Part shown: positions 58,157-64,000 of the stretch, one piece after another | How the letters are laid out: every line of letters starts with the position of its first letter | Position numbering within the stretch: position 1 is the first letter of the stretch | NCBI GenBank assembly: GCA_965112735.1 | Contig: OZ218959.1 | Location: 2,294,001-2,358,000, forward strand | DNA length: 64,000 nucleotides | Direction of reading: 5' to 3' | From: Phaeosaccion multiseriatum | Lineage: Eukaryota; Protista; Ochrophyta, other classes | Made by a program: the position numbers and the translations under genes | Notes under the pieces: generated by a model | Databases searched by the model: none | What the model was told of the DNA's origin: nothing | The model's input: the letters and a program-made list of their open reading frames with translations, nothing else

Positions 58157-59248
58157 CTATCTTGGTGCCCAATGTACGGGAAGAACCTTACTGCTACTCT
58201 TCCCACCTCCACTACTTGCAGCTGTCTTACTTACTAAAATGTTGATAGAACTAGGACTGGGGGCGGCGACCGAATCTCTTCGAGTGAATGCCCCTCTGAA
58301 AACGCAGTAGAACACTATGAGTTCCCAGCCCACACCGATTAGTCTGAGCGGTATCATTGCAGCAGAGGGTCGCTGACGCATCCACGTACTCATCGGATCA
58401 ACGAGGGTGAACAGAAGGATACAGGAACCTCCAACCCAGATGGAGGATACAGCACCCAGCACGTACTGGCACTGCGTCTTGACCTTGCGCAAGTCTGGCC
58501 CTAGCTCGGGCATCGTCTTAAGCATGCCGAGCAGGCAGGTGGTGGCCAGTACAATAGCTGCACAGATTGCGCTGATAAAGGGCAGCGCAAGGGCGAGCCC
58601 AGTCCAGAACGTGAAGTAGCCTGGGAGAACAATCAGTACCACACACGTTGATGTCACTGCGATGGCCATAGCAGCCAAGATAACCCAAAAGCGGCTCTCC
58701 ACCCAGTTCCGGAGCCGAAGAGCGGTTGGTGCGCGAGACAGAAGGCTCCGCGGTAAGGCAGCAAGCCACAGACGAAGAACCAGCCATCCATTTGCTATGC
58801 AAAACCACCTAGCGGCGCCAAAAAAGCACCAGGCCATGGCGTCGTCCAGCACCCCTGTTCCACTGTAGAACCTTCCAGTACAGATGAGTAAGGCGGTTGT
58901 GGTGAAGAGGATGCAAATCATTGCTCCTATCAATCTGGTTTGTGCTACACCCGTCTTCGTCTCCTGCAGCAGTGCCTTCACGCCTCCTCCCCTACGCCGT
59001 ATATGCCTGCCGAGGACGAACACCACATCGACCAGGTGGACAGCAAGGATGAGCAGAATTACCATTTCGGGAACATCGAGGTACGCCTTGGCAACACAAG
59101 CACTGTCTCCCACGATGTTCTTGTCGTAGTATCCGTCCCCACAGCCCAAGCAAGTCGCCGTAGTTTCATCGCAGACGCCTTCGCTGTGGCTCGAGCGGCC
59201 AATGGTCGAGGCCGCCTCATCACGACACGCCAGCACGCAAGCAGACAT
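58157..59248 (-). CDS. EGF-like + 7TM protein, copy 2
   Basis: 363-aa intact paralog of copy 1. Confidence 0.8.
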   Translation of the reverse strand: MSACVLACRDEAASTIGRSSHSEGVCDETTATCLGCGDGYYDKNIVGDSACVAKAYLDVPEMVILLILAVHLVDVVFVLGRHIRRRGGGVKALLQETKTGVAQTRLIGAMICILFTTTALLICTGRFYSGTGVLDDAMAWCFFGAARWFCIANGWLVLRLWLAALPRSLLSRAPTALRLRNWVESRFWVILAAMAIAVTSTCVVLIVLPGYFTFWTGLALALPFISAICAAIVLATTCLLGMLKTMPELGPDLRKVKTQCQYVLGAVSSIWVGGSCILLFTLVDPMSTWMRQRPSAAMIPLRLIGVGWELIVFYCVFRGAFTRRDSVAAPSPSSINILVSKTAASSGGGKSSSKVLPVHWAPR

Positions 59249-59489
59249 CCGTCATAAGAGTCGATATCAAAAGTCGGTGATTGTAAGTAGATGTTAAATG
59301 GAAAGGGAGAAAAGAAAATTGTTTTGTTTTTTTCCGAAAGGGTGTGGTTCCCACACATGGGGGGGAGTGGGGGGCTGGGTTCTGCGGGTATCCTCCGCGA
59401 CTCTGCCTCCGCTCTCGCTCTGTGGAAAGCAGGGAAAGAAGAAAAAAGTATAAACTCACAGCCTCTGTCGCTCCCTCTTTGACATGAAA

Positions 59490-60020
59490 TCACATTCTCT
59501 CACTGACTCACTGTCATTCACTCACTTACTCACTCACTCACTCACTCACCCACCCACTCACTCACTCACTCACTCACCCACCCACTCACTCACTTCCTCA
59601 CTTACTCACTCACTCACTCACCCACTCACTCACTCACTTCCTCACTCACTCACTCACTCACTCACTTGCTCATTCATTCACTCACTCACTCACTCACTCA
59701 CTCACTCACTCACTCACTCACTCACTCACTCACTCACTCACTCACTCACTCACTCACTCACTCACTCACTCACTCACTCACCCACTCACTCACTCACTCA
59801 CTCACTCACTCACTCACTCACTTACTCACTCACTCACTCACTCACTCACTCACTCACTCACTCACTCACTCACTCACTCACTCACCCACTCACTCACTCA
59901 CTCACTCACTCACTCACTCACTCACTCACTCACTCACTCACTCACTCACTCACTCACTCACTCACTCACTCATTCACTCACTCACTCACTCACTCACTCA
60001 CTCATTCACTCTCTGACTGA
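59490..60020 (+). repeat. (TCAC)n array 3
   Basis: Visible repeat. Confidence 0.95.
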
Positions 60021-60334
60021 GTGAAGAGCCACCCTAGGGTAAGCCCCGGTGGGCCGGTCTGACGGTCTGGGGCCGATGGTGGCACGTTGTGTGCCGCAGC
60101 CACGGGGCAACACTTCATGCCCTGTCTTGTTGTGTGATGTGCATAAATAAATATTTTAACGCGGTCCCAAGGTGCCTACTGTAATATATATATCAGGCAC
60201 ACATGCGCTTTGACGGAGAAAAGTCCACCCCGCCCAGTACCTCGCTCTTCCCTTCGGACCAGCAGGGTAGCGTGTGCCACAGCAGCACACAGAAGCCAAC
60301 AGAGAAGACGAAGAGGTCGCCCGTAGCTGCATGC

Positions 60335-61420
60335 CTATCCCGGTGACCAATGTACTGGAAGAACCTTACTGCTACCCTTCCCCCCTCCAATACTTGCAGC
60401 TTTCTTACTTCTTCCTCTGTTGCTAGAACTAGGACTGGGGGCGGCGCCCGAACCTCTTCGAGTGAATGCCCCTCTGAAAACGCAGTAGAACACTACGAGT
60501 TCCCAGCCCACATTGAACATTCTAAGCGGTATAATTCCAGCAGAGGGTCGCTGACGCATCCACGCACTCATCGGATCAACGAGGGTGATGAAAAGGAGAG
60601 CGGAGCCACTAACCCAGAGAACGGATACAGCACCCAGTACGGACTGGCACTGCGTCTTGATCTTGCGCAAGTCTGGCCCTAGCTCAACCATCGTCTTAAG
60701 CATGCCGAGCAGGCAGGTGGTGGCCAGTACAATAGCCCCACAGATTGCGCTGATAAAGGGCAGCACAAGGGCGACCTCAATCCGCAACGGGAAGCCTGGG
60801 AGAGCAGTCAGTACCACGCAGGATGATGTGCCTGCGAAGGCCATAGCAGCCAAGATTACCCAGAATCGGCTCTCCACCCAGTTCTGGAGCCGAAGAACGG
60901 TTGGTGTGCGAGACAGAAGGCTCCGCGGTAAGGCAGCAAGCCACAGACGAAGAACCAGCCATGAATTTCCTAGGCCCAACCACCTAGCGGCACAAAGAAA
61001 GCACCTGGCCACGGCGCCGTCCAGCTCCCCTGTTCCACTATAGAACCTCCCAGCATTGATGAGTATGGCTGTTGTGGTGAAGAGGATGCAAAGCATTGCT
61101 CCAATCAGCCTTGTTTGTGCTACACCCGTCTTTGTCTCCTGCAGGAGTGCCTTCACGCCTCCCCTACGCTGTACATGCCTGCCGAGTATGTACACCACAT
61201 CGACCAGGTGGACAGCAAGGATGAGCAGAATTACCATCTCGGGAACATCGAGGTACGCCTTGGCAACACAAGCACTGTCTCCCACGATGTTCTTGTCGTA
61301 ATATCCGTCCCCACAGCCCGAGCAAGTCGCCGTAGTTTCATCGCACACGCCTTCGCTGTGGCTCGAGCGGCCAAAGGTCGAGGCCGCCTCGTCGCGGCAC
61401 GCCAGCACGCACGCAGACAT
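60335..61420 (-). CDS. EGF-like + 7TM protein, copy 3
   Basis: 361-aa intact paralog, more divergent in the TM3-TM7 region. Confidence 0.8.
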   Translation of the reverse strand: MSACVLACRDEAASTFGRSSHSEGVCDETTATCSGCGDGYYDKNIVGDSACVAKAYLDVPEMVILLILAVHLVDVVYILGRHVQRRGGVKALLQETKTGVAQTRLIGAMLCILFTTTAILINAGRFYSGTGELDGAVARCFLCAARWLGLGNSWLVLRLWLAALPRSLLSRTPTVLRLQNWVESRFWVILAAMAFAGTSSCVVLTALPGFPLRIEVALVLPFISAICGAIVLATTCLLGMLKTMVELGPDLRKIKTQCQSVLGAVSVLWVSGSALLFITLVDPMSAWMRQRPSAGIIPLRMFNVGWELVVFYCVFRGAFTRRGSGAAPSPSSSNRGRSKKAASIGGGKGSSKVLPVHWSPG

Positions 61421-61707
61421 CCGTCATAAGAGTCGATATCAAAAGTCGGTGTGTAAGTAGATGTTAATTAAAAATGGAAAGAGGGCTTTGTTGCTTTGTT
61501 GACTTGTTGTTCTTTTTCCCCGAAACCGTTCCCACAGATGGCTTGGTGATTATCTCTCTCTCTCTCTGTCTTCCGCTCTCGCTCATTGCGAAAAAAATAG
61601 GTGGGTGATAAGGCTACAAGGCGCTCCCTCTGCAGAAAGAAGGAAATAATATAAAGTCACTGCCTTTGTCGCGCCCTCTTCACAATATAAAACTATACTC
61701 TGTCACC

Positions 61708-62072
61708 GACTCACTCACTCACTCACTCACTCACTCACTCCCGCACTCACTCACTCACTCACTCACTCACTCACTCACTCACTCACTCACTCACTCACTC
61801 ACTCACTCACTCACTCACTCACTCACTCACTCACTCACTCACTCACTCACTCACTCACTCACTCACTCACTCACTCACTCACTCACTCACTCACTCACTC
61901 ACTCACTCACTCACTCACTCACTCACTCACTCACTCACTCACTCACTCACTCACCACTCACTCACTCACTCACTCACTCACTCACTCACTCACTCACTCA
62001 CTCACTCACTCACTCACTCACTCACTCACTCACTCACTCACTCACTCACTCACTCACTCATTCACTCACTGA
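61708..62072 (+). repeat. (TCAC)n array 4
   Basis: Visible repeat. Confidence 0.95.
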
Positions 62073-62759
62073 TTGAGCGAAGAGCCACCCCAGGGTAAGC
62101 CCAGGTGGGCCGGTCTGACGGTCTGGGGCCGATGGTGGCACGTTGTGTGCCGCAGCCACGGGGCAACGCTTCATGCCCTGCCTCTTTGTATGATTTGAAT
62201 AAATAAACTTTTAACACGGCCCCATTAATATTACATACTTCGAAGTACTTCTGTAAATCATGCAGACACGAATTTTGACGGAGAAACGTCCACCCCTCCC
62301 ACCAACCCTCTCTTCTCTCTCCTGTCTCTTTATTTATACAGCCCCGCCCCCCAATAAGACACAAAGTTCAAAAGGCTTCTCAGGCGCGTGCAGAGGGAGA
62401 GCGCGATACTCGTGTTCCACTTGCCCGGCGGGCGGTCTTGCCCACGGCCAGCACCAGCAGGTACACACACTCCGGTATACACACTGGCCGGCCGCTGTTT
62501 GTACCCCGCATCCCCTCGGTCCCCCGCTGCTCGGAGTCTGACTGCCTTCGACTTCTTCTTGTGTTTGCACCCACCGAGCTGCCGACTCGGCTCGGGAAGT
62601 ATGCCTTATGATGGCTCAACGGATCATTCCTCCACCTCACGGAGCCCCGCAGGCCTGGACCTTTCCTCTCTCTTCTCTTCGGACCAGCAGGGTAGCGTGT
62701 GCCACAGCAGCACACAGAAGCCAACAGAGAAGACGAAGAGGTCACCCGTAGCTGAATGC

Positions 62760-63882
62760 CTATCCCGGTGACCAATGTACTGGAAGAACCTTACTGCTAC
62801 CCATTCTCCCTCCAATACTTGCAGCTGTCTTACTTCTTCCTCTGTTGATAGAACTAGGACGGGGGGCGGCGCCCGAACCTCTTCGAGTGAATGCCCCTCT
62901 GAAAACGAAGTAGAACGCTGTGAGTTCCCAGCCCATAGCGCATATTCTATGCAGTATCATTGCAGCAGAGGGCCGCTGACGCATCCACGTACTCATTGGA
63001 TCAACGAGGATGAAGAAAGTGACAGAGGAGCCACTAACCCGGATGGAGGATATAGCACCCCGCACGTACTGGCACTGCGTCTTGATCTTGCGCAAGTCTG
63101 GCCCTAGCTCGGGCATCGTCTTAAGCATACCGAGCAGGGAGGTGGTGGCCACTACAATAGCAGGGAGGTGGTGGCCACTACAATAGCCCCACACAGTGCG
63201 CTGAGAAAGGGCATCGCAAGGGCGAGCCCAGTCCAGAACGTGAAGTAGCCTGGGAGAGCAGCCAGTGCCACGCAGGATGATGTCCCTGCGAAGGCCATAG
63301 CAGCCAAGAGTACCCAGAATCGGCTCTCCACCCAGTTCTGAAGCCGAAGAACGCTTGGTGCGCGAGACAGAAGGCTCCGCGGTAAGGCAGCAAGCCACAG
63401 ACGAAGAACCAGCCATCCATTTCCTATGCCCAACCAAGCAGAGGCACCAAGTAAGCACCAGGCCAAGGCGTCCTCCAGCACCCATATTCCACCATAGAAC
63501 CTTCCAGTACAGATGAGTATGGCTGTTGTGGTGAAGAGGATGCAAAGCATTGCTCCTATCAATCTGGTTTGTGCTACACCCGTCTTCGTCTCCTGCAGCA
63601 GTGCCTTCACGCCTCCCCTACGCCGTACATGTCTGCCGAGTATGTACACCACATCGACCAGGTGGACAGCAAGGATGAGCAGAATTACCATCTCGGGAAC
63701 ATCGAGGTACGCCTTGGCAACAGCCACAAGCACTGCCTGTCTCCCACGATGTTCTTGTCGTTGTATCCGTCCCCACAGCCCGAGCAAGTCGCCGTAGTTT
63801 CATCGCATACGCCTTCGCTGTGGCTTGGGCGGCCAAAGGTCGAGGCGGCCTCGTCCCGGCACGCCAGCACGCACGCAGACAT
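62760..63882 (-). pseudogene. EGF-like + 7TM protein, copy 4, frameshifted
   Basis: Two 4-bp insertions (63721-63726, 63733-63738) and a 26-bp tandem duplication (~63133-63188) relative to the intact paralogs. Confidence 0.85.
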
Positions 63883-64000
63883 TCATATATTTATATATTT
63901 GTCCTTCTGGTAGCTAGAGAGAGTGGTGATACGTTTTCCGAAACCGTTCCCACAGATGGCTGGGTTCTCGCTCTCCCCCGCAAGCTCGAGGCTGGGACGG

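Overview
Eukaryotic, intron-rich, GC-rich genomic DNA, probably from a flagellated protist or alga (stramenopile-like RPB2; ARL3 and a CEP57-like gene are present; the taxon is inferred). Introns are filled with microsatellites ((CCT)n, (TCAC)n, (CA)n, (GA)n), so most listed ORFs are artefacts. Genes in order: RPC5 (Pol III subunit, partial), ARL3, a NifS/selenocysteine-lyase-like PLP enzyme with a hydrophobic N-terminal exon, a secreted Cys-rich/mucin-like repeat protein, a very young Ty1/copia element (identical 186-bp LTRs, 5-bp TSD), decayed Rab-like and PA-RING pseudogenes, three tandem SDR genes (the middle one an unequal-crossover chimera), RPB2 (19 exons), a CEP57-like coiled-coil gene, and four tandem intronless EGF-like + 7TM genes separated by (TCAC)n arrays. 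The most striking feature is a pair of non-coding insertions in SDR copy 1 (25268-25886, 4-bp TSD; 26128-27050, 5-bp TSD). They are unrelated in sequence but share one architecture: a whole-element palindrome built as terminal hairpin, arm with Pol III B-box, central hairpin with A/T loop, inverted arm, terminal hairpin. Each hairpin regenerates TGTTA...TAACA integrase-type ends, and the ends of the second element closely match the attachment end of the nearby copia LTR. A second notable signal is a recurrent 4-bp insertion of the form XY-GC-XY that explains many frameshifts in the pseudogenes.
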